A stretch of 64,000 nt of DNA, taken from NCBI GenBank assembly GCA_946056135.1, contig CAMGIN010000002.1, positions 328-64,327 on the forward strand, read 5' to 3'. Below, piece after piece: positions 9,045-19,539 of the stretch. The notes beneath the pieces were generated by a model that saw nothing but the letters and a program-made list of their open reading frames with translations, made no database searches and was not told the DNA's origin. This DNA comes from an uncultured bacterium (lineage in GTDB: Bacteria > Bacillota > Clostridia > Oscillospirales > Oscillospiraceae). Each line of letters begins with the position of its first letter. Positions within the stretch are counted from its first letter, which is position 1. The position numbers and the translations under genes were made by a program.

Positions 9045-9899
9045 ATGAATATCCAGTGGTATCCCGGCCACATGACGAAGACCCGCCGTCAGATTGAGGC
9101 GGATCTGAAACAGGTGGACGCGGTCTGCGAGATTGTGGATGCCCGGATCCCCATGTCCAGCCGGAATCCGGATATCGATGCCATCTGCGGCAGCAAGCCC
9201 CGGATCCTGGTGCTGAACCGGATGGATTTGGCGGACCCGAATGCAACCAAGCAGTGGGCGTCCTATTTCAAGAAGAAAGGTATGTCCGTCATCGCAACCG
9301 ACTGCAAGACCCGGAAGGGGATTGGGGATTTCGTCCCTGCCGCCAGAGCAGCCTGTGCGGAAAAGCTGGAGCGGGATGCCAAGCGCGGAATGAACCGGCC
9401 CTTGCGGGTCATGGTAGTGGGCATTCCCAACGTGGGAAAATCTACACTGATTAACCAGATTTCCGGTCGGAAGGGCGCGAAAGCGGAAAATCGACCCGGC
9501 GTCACCCGAGGCAAGCAGTGGGTTACTGTGGACAGCGGCTTACAGCTGCTGGACACGCCCGGAATCCTGTGGCCCAAATTTGAGGACCCGGAGGTGGGCA
9601 TGATGCTGGCCTATACCGGTGCTGTCAAAGAAGGCGTTATTGATCTGGAAGAGCTGGCCTGCCGCCTGATGGAGCTTCTGCATAAATACTATCCCCAGAC
9701 GCTGCTGGAGCGCTACAAGGTGGACGCTCCCGCAGACATCCCTGGTTGGCAGCTGGTGGAGATCGCGGGAAGAAACCGGGGCTTCTTGGTCTCCGGTGGG
9801 GAAGTTAACACCGAGCGTATGTCCAAGGTGCTGCTGGACGAGTTCCGCAGCGGTAAGCTTGGAAAATTTACTCTGGAAATGCCGGAGGAAACAATATGA
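9045..9899 (+). CDS. rbgA: Ribosome biogenesis GTPase RbgA/YlqF
   Basis: IQWYPGHM, DARIP, GIPNVGKS, DTPG (alternative start 9027). Confidence 0.97.
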   Translation: MNIQWYPGHMTKTRRQIEADLKQVDAVCEIVDARIPMSSRNPDIDAICGSKPRILVLNRMDLADPNATKQWASYFKKKGMSVIATDCKTRKGIGDFVPAARAACAEKLERDAKRGMNRPLRVMVVGIPNVGKSTLINQISGRKGAKAENRPGVTRGKQWVTVDSGLQLLDTPGILWPKFEDPEVGMMLAYTGAVKEGVIDLEELACRLMELLHKYYPQTLLERYKVDAPADIPGWQLVEIAGRNRGFLVSGGEVNTERMSKVLLDEFRSGKLGKFTLEMPEETI

Positions 9900-10510
9900 G
9901 TGTGGAAACAATGTGGGAAATTGAAGACGGCTTCTATGCCCAGGGCATGCAAATCATCTGCGGCGTCGATGAAGCGGGGCGGGGCCCTCTGGCAGGCCCG
10001 GTTTATGCAGCGGCTGTGATTCTGCCGGAGCATTTGGATATTCCTGGTTTGACCGACAGCAAAAAGCTTTCCGATAAGAAACGGCGGGAGCTGTTTCCGC
10101 TGATTCAGGAGCAGGCCGTTGCCTATGGCATCGGGTTTGCCTCGGAACAGGAGATCGACGAGATCAATATTCTGCAGGCTACCTTCCTGGCAATGCGCCG
10201 GGCGCTGGATCAGCTGACGGTCCGGCCGGAGCTGGTCCTCATTGACGGCAATCGGGAGACGGACTTTGGCCTGCCGGTGAAAACGGTGGTAAAAGGGGAC
10301 AGCCTCAGTGCCAATATCGCCGCAGCCTCCGTTCTGGCCAAGGTCTCCCGGGATGATTGGATGCTGAAAATGGCGCAGGAGTACCCGGAATACGGCTTTG
10401 AGATCCATAAGGGCTACGGCACCCGGGCCCATTATGATGCCCTGAGGGAGTTCGGTCCCTGCCCCATTCACCGCAGGACCTTCCTGAAGAAATTCTATGG
10501 GGAAAAGTAA
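9896..10510 (+). CDS. rnhB: Ribonuclease HII
   Basis: GVDEAGRGPLAGPV, DSKKL, KGD, AAASVLAKV, HKGYGT. Confidence 0.98.
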   Translation: MSVETMWEIEDGFYAQGMQIICGVDEAGRGPLAGPVYAAAVILPEHLDIPGLTDSKKLSDKKRRELFPLIQEQAVAYGIGFASEQEIDEINILQATFLAMRRALDQLTVRPELVLIDGNRETDFGLPVKTVVKGDSLSANIAAASVLAKVSRDDWMLKMAQEYPEYGFEIHKGYGTRAHYDALREFGPCPIHRRTFLKKFYGEK

Positions 10511-10862
10511 GCTGTCCGGCGCCTGGGGGGAAGCCCTGGCTGCGGAATATTTGCGAAAAAAACATTATAAAATCGTCGCGTCCGGCTACCGCTGCCGTTT
10601 CGGGGAAATTGACCTGATTGCCCAGGATCGGAGATTCCTGGTGTTTGTGGAGGTCAAGCTGCGCAAATCTGCGAACTTTGCCCAAGCGATGGAATATGTG
10701 GACCAAGCAAAGCAGGACAGGCTCCGTTCCACTGCGGCGCTGTACCTGTCCCAGAACCCGACCCATTTGCAGCCGCGCTTTGACGTGATCGAAATCTATG
10801 CCCCGGCGGGGACGGAAACGGCCCGTCCGGAGCTCCACCATATGGAGGATGCTTTTCGATGA
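10497..10862 (+). CDS. yraN: YraN/UPF0102 PD-(D/E)xK nuclease-like protein
   Basis: GEALAAEYL, GEIDLIA, VFVEVK, RFDVI; conserved position after rnhB. Confidence 0.9.
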   Translation: MGKSKLSGAWGEALAAEYLRKKHYKIVASGYRCRFGEIDLIAQDRRFLVFVEVKLRKSANFAQAMEYVDQAKQDRLRSTAALYLSQNPTHLQPRFDVIEIYAPAGTETARPELHHMEDAFR

Positions 10863-11821
10863 ATTATCCTGTTTTTGATTTTCACTGTGACACCATCCTG
10901 GGACTTTTGGGCGAGGATATGAACCAGGCCGGAAGTCTGCGGAGCAACCAGATGCATATTGACCTGGAACGGGCCTCCAAGCTGGGCGGCTATGCCCAAT
11001 GCTTTGCCTGCTTTACGACCCCGTACATGGAGCAATGGCGCAAGATCTCTCCCATTCTGGTTTTTGAGCGGGAGCTGGCAACATTGCAGCGGGAGGTGGA
11101 GAAGAACAGCGATCTCATCGCCATTGCCTATACCCCCCAGGAGATTGAAGAAAACCGGAAAAACGGTAAGATGTCCGCCATCCTGACGCTGGAGGGAACT
11201 GCCGGCTTTGGTCACGACCCGGCTCTGCTGCAGGACCTGTATGCCATCGGCTTCCGAATTTCCAGCCTGGGCTGGAATGAGAAGAATCCCCTGACCGGCT
11301 CCCATGTGACCGGCGGTGGGCTGACAGACCAGGGCAGGGAATATGTGAAGGAAGCCCAGCGGCTGGGCATGCTCATGGATGTCAGCCACATCAGTGACGA
11401 GGGCTTCTGGGATATTCTGGAGATTACGGGCGCTCCCATTATCGCCACCCATTCCAACTCCCGGGCGGTGTGGAACAACAGCCGTAATCTTACGGATGAT
11501 ATGTTCCGGGCCATTGTCAGCACTGGCGGTCTGGCGGGTTACAATGCCTGCGACGAATTTACCGGGGAAAACCCGACCATTGATACGATCTGTGACCATA
11601 TTATTCATTTCCTGGAGCTGGATCCCAGCGGGAAGCATATTGCTTTGGGCGGAGACCTGGATGGCATTGACCATATGCCCGCCGGATTTGAAGGTGTCCA
11701 GAGCTGGCCTAAGGTAGCGCAGCGCCTGATGGAACGGGGAGTGACGGAAGACATGGTTATGGATATCTTCTGGAACAATGCCATTGGAGTGATGGAACGT
11801 GCTGTATGTAACCACGCGTAA
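10859..11821 (+). CDS. Membrane dipeptidase family (M19) peptidase
   Basis: DFHCD, LTLEG, DVSH, ATHSN, GGDLDG motifs. Confidence 0.9.
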   Translation: MNYPVFDFHCDTILGLLGEDMNQAGSLRSNQMHIDLERASKLGGYAQCFACFTTPYMEQWRKISPILVFERELATLQREVEKNSDLIAIAYTPQEIEENRKNGKMSAILTLEGTAGFGHDPALLQDLYAIGFRISSLGWNEKNPLTGSHVTGGGLTDQGREYVKEAQRLGMLMDVSHISDEGFWDILEITGAPIIATHSNSRAVWNNSRNLTDDMFRAIVSTGGLAGYNACDEFTGENPTIDTICDHIIHFLELDPSGKHIALGGDLDGIDHMPAGFEGVQSWPKVAQRLMERGVTEDMVMDIFWNNAIGVMERAVCNHA

Positions 11822-12818
11822 TAGCCGGGAAACCTTCACCACCCAGCGGGCTCTGCGGGAAAACCGCGGTCCGGATGGGGGGATGTATCTGCCCTTCCGC
11901 GCGCCACGCTTCTCCCAAGCGGAGCTGGATGCTCTGGCGGAAAAGCCTTTCAACCAGCGGGTCGCGGATATCCTGAATCTGCTGTTTCAGACCAGGCTGT
12001 CCGGGTGGGATGTGGATTTCTGTGCGGGCCGGTATCCGGTGCGGCTGGAAAGCTTATCCCACCGGATTGTCATGGCGGAGACCTGGCACAACACACAGTG
12101 GGACTTTGAACGGACGGTGCGAAACATTACGGCCCGTTTGCAGGATGGTCAGCCAGGAGACCTGGGAGATTGGCCCAGGATCGCGGTCCGTATCGCGGTA
12201 TTGTTCGGCATCTTCGGGGAACTGAAACATGCCGGCATGGACCAGACGTGGGATATCGCTCTGGTAGCCGGAAACTTTTCCGCACCCATCAGCGCCTGGT
12301 ATGCACGGCAGTGGGGACTGCCCATCGGCAATCTGGTCTGCTGCTGCAACGAAAACAACAGCCTGTGGGATCTGATCTGCCACGGTCAGCTGCGTACAGA
12401 CGTTCTCAGCATCCCCACAGCCATTCCGGAGGCGGATGTGGCCCTGCCGGAGGATCTGGAGCGGCTGATCCGGGAATGCGGCGGTACGCTGGAAGTTGGG
12501 CGGTATCTGGATGTCTGCGGAAGGGGCGGTTTGTACTGTCCAAACGATGCGGTACTCGCTCAACTTCGCAAGGGATTGTATGTCAGTGTCGTCAGCACTC
12601 AGCGGTTGGAGACCACCATTCCCAGCGTTTACCGGACCCACGGCTATATTCTTTCGACCTCCGCAGCTCTTGCCTATGCGGGGATGCAGGACTACCGGGC
12701 CAAAACAGGGCACACAGGTCCCTGTCTCGTTCTGGCGGAGAAAGGTCCAGCGCACAATGCCGAGAAAGTGGCATCCATGCTGGGCATTACCGTGGAGGAG
12801 TTAAAAGAGCGTACTTGA
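11799..12818 (+). CDS. Threonine-synthase-like protein, shortened and lacking the PLP lysine
   Basis: ThrC N-domain (YVTTR...PDGGMYLP) and GNF...GLPIGNL...NENN motifs present; LELFHGPTxAFKD is replaced by AETWHNTQWDFER. Confidence 0.75.
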   Translation: MLYVTTRNSRETFTTQRALRENRGPDGGMYLPFRAPRFSQAELDALAEKPFNQRVADILNLLFQTRLSGWDVDFCAGRYPVRLESLSHRIVMAETWHNTQWDFERTVRNITARLQDGQPGDLGDWPRIAVRIAVLFGIFGELKHAGMDQTWDIALVAGNFSAPISAWYARQWGLPIGNLVCCCNENNSLWDLICHGQLRTDVLSIPTAIPEADVALPEDLERLIRECGGTLEVGRYLDVCGRGGLYCPNDAVLAQLRKGLYVSVVSTQRLETTIPSVYRTHGYILSTSAALAYAGMQDYRAKTGHTGPCLVLAEKGPAHNAEKVASMLGITVEELKERT

Positions 12819-12845
12819 TTGATTGCAGAAAAAAGGAGGTGTCCT

Positions 12846-13535
12846 ATGGCACTGTATGCCATCGGCGATCTGCATCTTTGCCTTGGGGCACCGAAGCCTA
12901 TGGATATTTTCGGCGGCGCCTGGGTTGGGTATATGGACAAGCTGAAAGAGGGGCTTTCTGTTATCCGGCCGGAAGATACCACGATTCTTCTGGGAGATCT
13001 GAGCTGGGCGCTGGATCTGCAGAGCGCTCAGGCGGATTTTGCCTGGATCAATGAAATTCCCGGACAGAAGATTCTTTTGAAGGGAAATCATGATTATTGG
13101 TGGAGTACCGCCGCCAAATTCGAGAAGTTCTGCAAGGAAAACGAATTTGAAAATCTGCACTTGCTGAACAACAACTGCTATTCCTACGGCGATTATGCAA
13201 TCTGCGGTACCCGGGGCTGGTTTTTTGAAGAAGAGCGCAGCGGTCAGCATGACGAGAAGGTTTTTAAGCGGGAGCTGATTCGCCTGGAGGCTTCCCTGAA
13301 AGCAGCGGGGGAGAAGCCAAAGCTGGTGTTCCTCCATTATCCCCCCCGGTATAAGGGCTACGAATGCCCAGAGATCCTGGCACTGCTGAAACAGTATGAA
13401 GTCCGCCGGTGTTTTTACGGGCATCTTCACGGCGGAAGCCATAAGCTTGCCATGGAAGGGCTGTGGGATAACGTAGAATATCGGCTTGTGTCCGCAGATT
13501 ACATCGGGTTCCGGCCTTATACCGTAATTTTTTAA
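12846..13535 (+). CDS. Calcineurin-like metallophosphoesterase
   Basis: DLH, GD, GNHD, GHLH motifs. Confidence 0.92.
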   Translation: MALYAIGDLHLCLGAPKPMDIFGGAWVGYMDKLKEGLSVIRPEDTTILLGDLSWALDLQSAQADFAWINEIPGQKILLKGNHDYWWSTAAKFEKFCKENEFENLHLLNNNCYSYGDYAICGTRGWFFEEERSGQHDEKVFKRELIRLEASLKAAGEKPKLVFLHYPPRYKGYECPEILALLKQYEVRRCFYGHLHGGSHKLAMEGLWDNVEYRLVSADYIGFRPYTVIF

Positions 13536-13650
13536 AAGAATTTTCAGAAAACTATGGACAAAAGCATCATATTTTGATAGAATAGACCGGCTATGAAAAA
13601 ATAAATAAAATGGTATCGTTATGCGAACCAATTTAGGAGGATTACAGTAA

Positions 13651-14955
13651 ATGAACGTTAAGAGCATTGAAAGAAACGGCAACGAGGCTACCGTCGTTGT
13701 CGAGATCGACAAGGAACTGATGGAGTCCGGTGTCAACAAGGCTTACATGAAGGCCCGCAAGAACATCCAGATCCCCGGTTTCCGCAAGGGCAAGGCACCC
13801 CGGAAGATGATCGAGACCCTGTACGGCGCCCATGTTTTCTATGAAGACGGCCTGGATGAGATTTTCCCCGAGGTTTACGACTTCGCCATTGCGGGGCAGG
13901 AGGGCTTCAAGGCCATTGGCCGTCCCAGCCTGGCGGATATGCAGATCAGCGATGACAACATCGTCACCCTGACCCTGACCACCGAAGTCTATCCTGAGGT
14001 CACTCTGGGCCAGTACAAGGGCCTGGAGGTAGAGAAGGCCGAAGCTTCCGTTTCCGATGCCCAGGTTCAGTCCGAGCTGGATCGCATGGCTCAGAATGTG
14101 GCTTCCACCGAGACCGTGGAGCGGCCTGCCGAGATGGGCGATACCGCCAACATCGACTTCGAGGGCTTCGACAACGGTGTTCCCTTTGAGGGCGGCAAGG
14201 GCGACAACTTTGACCTGAAGCTGGGCTCCGGCCAGTTTGTCCCCGGCTTTGAGGAGCAGATCGTGGGCATGACCGCCGGCGAGGAGAAGGACATCGACAT
14301 CACTTTCCCCGAGGACTACCACGCCGAGCTGGCTGGCAAGGCTGTTGTGTTCCATGTGAAGCTGAACAAGGTCACCGTTACCAACGTTCCCGAGCAGGAC
14401 GACGAGTTTGCCAAGGACGTTTCCGAGTTCGACTCCCTGGAGGAGCTGAAGGCCGACATCCGCGCCAAGGCCCTGGAGAAGGCCGAGAAGCAGATCCAGT
14501 CCGCTTTCGAGCAGGCTGCCGTGGAGAAGGCTTCTGAAAACACCACAGTGGATATGCCCAAGGCTCTGGTGGAGGCGGAGCTGGATACTCAGATGGAGCG
14601 CTTTGCCTATCAGCTGCAGATGAGCGGCTACTCCATGGAGCAGTATGCCAAGATGATGGGCGGCGATGTCAGCACCATGCGCAATGCCTTCCGTCCCGCT
14701 GCTGAGAAGCAGGCCAAGATTAGCGTCACCCTGGAGAAGATTGTGGAGGTCGAGGGCCTGTCCGTCACCGACGAGGAGATCGAGGCCGAGTTCCAGTCCC
14801 TGGCCGACCAGTATCAGCTGGAGCTGGCCAAGGTCAAGGAGATGGTCCCCATGGGCGAGATCACCGGCAGCCTGACCACCCGCAAGGCCGTGAAGGTTAT
14901 TGTGGACTCCGCCGTTGCCGTGGCCCCCAAGGCAGAAGAGAAGACCGAGGAGTAA
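13651..14955 (+). CDS. tig: Trigger factor
   Basis: IPGFRKGKAP, FKBP domain, highly biased codons. Confidence 0.99.
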   Translation: MNVKSIERNGNEATVVVEIDKELMESGVNKAYMKARKNIQIPGFRKGKAPRKMIETLYGAHVFYEDGLDEIFPEVYDFAIAGQEGFKAIGRPSLADMQISDDNIVTLTLTTEVYPEVTLGQYKGLEVEKAEASVSDAQVQSELDRMAQNVASTETVERPAEMGDTANIDFEGFDNGVPFEGGKGDNFDLKLGSGQFVPGFEEQIVGMTAGEEKDIDITFPEDYHAELAGKAVVFHVKLNKVTVTNVPEQDDEFAKDVSEFDSLEELKADIRAKALEKAEKQIQSAFEQAAVEKASENTTVDMPKALVEAELDTQMERFAYQLQMSGYSMEQYAKMMGGDVSTMRNAFRPAAEKQAKISVTLEKIVEVEGLSVTDEEIEAEFQSLADQYQLELAKVKEMVPMGEITGSLTTRKAVKVIVDSAVAVAPKAEEKTEE

Positions 14956-15112
14956 TACTATCCTTTCATTAAAATATTCGCATCTTTGCGGCCTGTTTTG
15001 TGAAAAACTGCGTTGTCGTCTTTGCTGGGCGTTAGCCCAGCTGCATCCTCCGCCTTGTTTTTCGCAAAACAAACTCGCAAATCTGCCGGATATTTTTATG
15101 AAAGTCTAGTAT
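14955..15112. repeat. About 158-bp imperfect palindrome (MITE-like) between tig and clpP
   Basis: ATACTATCCTTTCATTAAAATATTCG...TTTTGTGAAAAAC pairs with GTTTTTCGCAAAA...GATATTTTTATGAAAGTCTAGTAT; apical hairpin GCTGGGC-gtta-GCCCAGC. Confidence 0.75.
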
Positions 15113-15194
15113 GGATCGCCTATTTTCCCAAAGAGGAATAACCTTCCTCTCCAATGGTTAGAATGTTTCAAACCCCATGAAAGGAGACATCACC

Positions 15195-15776
15195 ATGAGT
15201 TTAGTTCCTTACGTTGTTGAGCAGACCAGCCGCGGTGAGCGCAGCTATGACATTTTCTCCCGTCTGCTGAATGACCGCATTATTTTCCTGTCCGAGGAGG
15301 TCAACGATACCACCGCTTCCCTGGTGGTTGCCCAGCTTCTGTATCTGGAGGCCCAGGACCCCGACAAGGACATCCAGTTCTATATTAACAGCCCCGGCGG
15401 CAGCGTGACAGCCGGTATGGCGATCTACGACACCATGCAGTACATCAAGTGCGATGTGGCTACTATCTGTGTCGGTCTGGCTGCCTCCATGGGCGCATTC
15501 CTCTTAAGCGCAGGCGCTAAGGGCAAGCGTATGGCCCTGCCCAATTCCGAGATCATGATCCACCAGCCCTCTGCCGGTACTCAGGGTCAGATCACGGATA
15601 TGGCTATCCACATGAAGCGTCTGGAAACCGTCAAGACCCGGATGAACCGCATCCTGGCGGAGAATACCGGCAAGAGCGTGGAAGAAGTCACCGCTGCCTG
15701 CGAGCGCGACAATTTTATGACCGCGGATGAGGCCCTGGCTTTCGGCCTGATTGACCGGGTTCTGGAACACCACTAA
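15195..15776 (+). CDS. clpP: ATP-dependent Clp protease proteolytic subunit
   Basis: [23 protein letters not shown]. Confidence 0.99.
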   Translation: MSLVPYVVEQTSRGERSYDIFSRLLNDRIIFLSEEVNDTTASLVVAQLLYLEAQDPDKDIQFYINSPGGSVTAGMAIYDTMQYIKCDVATICVGLAASMGAFLLSAGAKGKRMALPNSEIMIHQPSAGTQGQITDMAIHMKRLETVKTRMNRILAENTGKSVEEVTAACERDNFMTADEALAFGLIDRVLEHH

Positions 15777-15803
15777 TAAACAAAGAAACGAGGTACCAGG
15801 TTC

Positions 15804-17054
15804 ATGGCAAAGAAACCCGAGCAGCCGATTCGCTGCAGCTTCTGCGGAAAGCGGGAGAACCAGGCGTCACGGCTGATTGCCGGTCCTGGGGTGTATATCT
15901 GCAGCGATTGTGTAGCTGCCTGCAGTGATCTTCTGCGGGACGAATATGACATGGAGGGCTCCACCAGCCTCAAGGCACCGGAGAAGCTCCCCACGCCCAT
16001 GGAGATCAAGTCCTTTATGGACCGTTATATCATCGGTCAGGATGATGCCAAAGTGGCTCTGTCCGTTGCGGTATACAACCATTACAAGCGTATCTACTTT
16101 GGCGGAGATTCCGATGTGGAGCTGCAGAAGAGCAACATCCTTCTGATCGGTCCCACGGGCAGCGGCAAGACACTTTTTGCCCAGACCCTGGCAAAGATCC
16201 TGAATGTTCCCTTTGCCATTGCCGATGCCACAACCCTGACAGAGGCCGGTTATGTGGGCGATGATGTGGAGAACATTCTTCTGCGGCTGCTGCAGGCTGC
16301 CGACTTCGATGTGGAGCTGGCCCAGCGGGGTATTATCTACATTGATGAAATGGATAAAATCGCCCGCAAGAGCGAAAATACCTCCATCACTCGGGATGTT
16401 TCCGGCGAAGGTGTTCAACAGGCCCTGCTGAAGATTCTGGAGGGCACCGTTGCCAATGTTCCGCCTCAGGGAGGCCGGAAGCATCCACAGCAGGAGACCA
16501 TCCCGGTGGACACCACCAACATTCTCTTTATTTGCGGCGGTGCTTTTGATGGGCTGGACAAGATCATCGAAAAACGGACAGATAAGAGTGCCATCGGTTT
16601 CGACGCACCCGTTATGAGTAAGAATGAGCGTGACGTTGGAAATCTGTTCTCTCAGGTGGAGCCCCATGATCTGTTGAAATTCGGTATTATCCCCGAATTG
16701 GTAGGCCGTATGCCCATGATTACCACCCTGAAAAGCTTGACCCAGAATGATCTGGTCCGCATCCTGGTAGAGCCGAAGAACGCACTGACCAAGCAGTATC
16801 AGGCGCTTCTTGCCATGGATGGTGTGGAGCTGGAGATTACGGATGAGGCACTGCTGGAGATTGCGCAGAAAGCATTGGACCGCCAGATCGGTGCAAGAGG
16901 ACTGCGGGCAATCATGGAAAAGGTCATGACCAGCATCATGTTCCTGATCCCGTCGGATCTGTCCATCAAAAAGGTGGTCATCACGCCGGAATCGATCCAT
17001 GACGGTGATCCCATCATTGTGCGTGATCCTGCCCATCCCAGACAGATGCGCTAA
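15804..17054 (+). CDS. clpX: Clp ATPase subunit ClpX
   Basis: C4 zinc finger, [21 protein letters not shown] loop. Confidence 0.99.
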   Translation: MAKKPEQPIRCSFCGKRENQASRLIAGPGVYICSDCVAACSDLLRDEYDMEGSTSLKAPEKLPTPMEIKSFMDRYIIGQDDAKVALSVAVYNHYKRIYFGGDSDVELQKSNILLIGPTGSGKTLFAQTLAKILNVPFAIADATTLTEAGYVGDDVENILLRLLQAADFDVELAQRGIIYIDEMDKIARKSENTSITRDVSGEGVQQALLKILEGTVANVPPQGGRKHPQQETIPVDTTNILFICGGAFDGLDKIIEKRTDKSAIGFDAPVMSKNERDVGNLFSQVEPHDLLKFGIIPELVGRMPMITTLKSLTQNDLVRILVEPKNALTKQYQALLAMDGVELEITDEALLEIAQKALDRQIGARGLRAIMEKVMTSIMFLIPSDLSIKKVVITPESIHDGDPIIVRDPAHPRQMR

Positions 17055-17125
17055 GGAAAACAATAACCTTATAATTAAGGGGGTAGTTCTTCTACCCCCT
17101 TTTTTCCCTAAAGGAGGGAACTCCC

Positions 17126-19528
17126 TTGACAGAAACCATGTATGCTGGGAAAATCCCCATTTTGGCCCTCCGGGGACTGGCGGTTTTTCCTGAACAGACT
17201 GTTCATTTTGATGTAGGCCGCAATAAGTCTGTTTTGGCTTTGGAAGCGGCCATGAAGCAGGATCAAACCCTGCTGCTGATCCCCCAGAAGGATCTTCTGG
17301 AGGACGATCCGAAGCTGAAGGATCTGTATGCCATTGGTACCGTTGCCAAGGTCAAGCAGGTTTTGAAAACCCAAGGAGAGAATCTGCGGGTGCTGGTGAC
17401 CGGCATCTGCCGGGCCAGAATCACAGAGTTAGAGCAGAGTGAGCCTTTCCTTCTTGGAACTGTGGAAGCGGTTCCGATTCCGGAAACGGGGGATTCTTTG
17501 CGCTCCCACGCCCTGCGACGGGAGGCCAATTCCCTTTACGGCCTGTATCTGCAAATGTCTGAGCATCCTGCCCAGGCGGTTCAGCTTCGGATGATGGCCA
17601 GCGAAAGCGACGGCTTCCTGGCTGACTCCATTGCCCAGAATTCCGGTATAGAGTTCCCGGACAAGGCGAAGCTCTTGTGCCAGCTGAATCCTACCCGCCG
17701 TCTGGAGAGCGCGGTTCGCCTCCTGCGGCAGGAAGTGGAGATGCTGCGTCTGGAGGCCGAGATCCAGGAAAAAACCCACGCTGCCATCGACCAGAACCAG
17801 AAGGACTACTACCTGCGGGAGCAGATGAAGGTCATCCGGGACGAGCTTGGCGAGGGGGACGAGGAAAGCGAGTTTGAAGCGTATAGCGCAAACATCCGCA
17901 GCCTGCATCTGGAGGAGGAGACAGAAAAGAAGCTCCTGAAGGATGTGGAGCGGCTGAAAAAGCAGCCCTTTGGATCCTCTGAGGGTGCTGTACTGCGCAA
18001 CTATCTGGACACCGTTCTGGAGCTGCCCTGGAATAAAAAGACCAAAGAGCGGGTGGACGTGGCCGCTGCCAGAAAGGTTCTGGAGCACGACCACTTTGGG
18101 CTGGAAAAAGTGAAGGAACGGATTCTGGAGACCATCGCCGTTCGTCAGATGGCGCCGCAAATGCCGCCCCAGATCCTGTGCCTGGTGGGTCCTCCCGGCG
18201 TGGGCAAGACTTCCATTTCCTATTCCATTGCCCGGAGTCTGAACAGGAAAATGGCCAGAATCTCTCTCGGCGGCGTCCATGACGAAGCGGATATTCGGGG
18301 CCACCGGAAAACCTATGTGGGTGCCATGCCTGGCAGGATCATGACCGCCATGTCCCAGGCTGGCAGCTGCAATCCTGTGCTGCTGCTGGATGAGATCGAC
18401 AAGATGGGCTCCGACTACCGGGGAGATCCCAGCGCAGCGCTGCTGGAGGTCCTGGATGCCGAGCAAAACCACACCTACCGGGACCATTATCTGGAGATCC
18501 CCTTTGACCTTTCGGATGTTCTTTTCATCACAACCGCCAATACGCTGGACACCGTACCCCGGCCACTGCTGGACCGTATGGAGGTCATTGAGCTTGGCTC
18601 CTATACCGATGAAGAGAAGCTGATGATTGCAAAAAATCACCTGATTCCAAAGCAGCTGAAAAAGCACGGCCTGAAAAAGCAGCAGCTTCGCATTACGGAT
18701 GATGCAGTGCGTGAGATCATCTCCTGCTACACCCGGGAATCCGGCGTCCGGAATCTGGAGCGGGCCTTCGGAGAGATCTGCCGGAAGGCCGCCATGGAGA
18801 TTGTGACCCAGGAGACCCCCAAGAAACTCACCGTCACCGGTTCCAATCTGGAAAGCTATCTGGGTGTCCGCAAGTACCTGCCGGACCGTCTGCCCTGCAC
18901 CGATCAGGTGGGCTTGGTCACCGGTCTTGCCTGGACAAGCGTTGGCGGCGAGACCCTGGAAGTGGAAGTCAATGTCATGGAGGGCAGCGGAAAGCTGGAG
19001 CTGACAGGCAATTTGGGTGACGTTATGAAAGAATCCGCCCATGCGGCCCTCAGCTATATCCGCGCCAATGCCCAGAAGCTTGGGGTAGCTCCGGACTTCT
19101 ACAAGACCAAGGATATCCATGTCCATTTCCCGGAGGGCGCAGTCCCCAAGGACGGCCCATCCGCAGGTGTTACTGTCTGCACCGCTATTGTCTCAGCGCT
19201 GACTGGCACCACCGTTCGCCGGGATGTGGCTATGACAGGAGAGATTTCCCTCCGGGGCAGAGTTATGCGAATTGGCGGATTGAAGGAGAAGACCATGGCG
19301 GCCCTGCGTCACGGTGTTCACACGGTGATTATTCCCAAGGACAACGAGCGGGATCTGGAGGAAATCGATCAGACCGTCCGCCGTCAGCTGAATTTCATCA
19401 GCGCCCAGACCATGGACACAGTGCTGGATGCCGCGCTGAACCGTTCTGCGGAACTGAACCCCACCCTCCTGGCAGACCTTCCCAGCGAGGTTAAGAGCAA
19501 GCCCCGGAAACCGGAACTGCGGCAGTAA
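17126..19528 (+). CDS. lon: Lon protease
   Basis: GPPGVGKTS, HRKTYVGAMPG, KDGPSAG, GGLKEK; TTG start after AAGGAGG. Confidence 0.98.
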   Translation: MTETMYAGKIPILALRGLAVFPEQTVHFDVGRNKSVLALEAAMKQDQTLLLIPQKDLLEDDPKLKDLYAIGTVAKVKQVLKTQGENLRVLVTGICRARITELEQSEPFLLGTVEAVPIPETGDSLRSHALRREANSLYGLYLQMSEHPAQAVQLRMMASESDGFLADSIAQNSGIEFPDKAKLLCQLNPTRRLESAVRLLRQEVEMLRLEAEIQEKTHAAIDQNQKDYYLREQMKVIRDELGEGDEESEFEAYSANIRSLHLEEETEKKLLKDVERLKKQPFGSSEGAVLRNYLDTVLELPWNKKTKERVDVAAARKVLEHDHFGLEKVKERILETIAVRQMAPQMPPQILCLVGPPGVGKTSISYSIARSLNRKMARISLGGVHDEADIRGHRKTYVGAMPGRIMTAMSQAGSCNPVLLLDEIDKMGSDYRGDPSAALLEVLDAEQNHTYRDHYLEIPFDLSDVLFITTANTLDTVPRPLLDRMEVIELGSYTDEEKLMIAKNHLIPKQLKKHGLKKQQLRITDDAVREIISCYTRESGVRNLERAFGEICRKAAMEIVTQETPKKLTVTGSNLESYLGVRKYLPDRLPCTDQVGLVTGLAWTSVGGETLEVEVNVMEGSGKLELTGNLGDVMKESAHAALSYIRANAQKLGVAPDFYKTKDIHVHFPEGAVPKDGPSAGVTVCTAIVSALTGTTVRRDVAMTGEISLRGRVMRIGGLKEKTMAALRHGVHTVIIPKDNERDLEEIDQTVRRQLNFISAQTMDTVLDAALNRSAELNPTLLADLPSEVKSKPRKPELRQ

Positions 19529-19539
19529 CGAGGTGCCAT

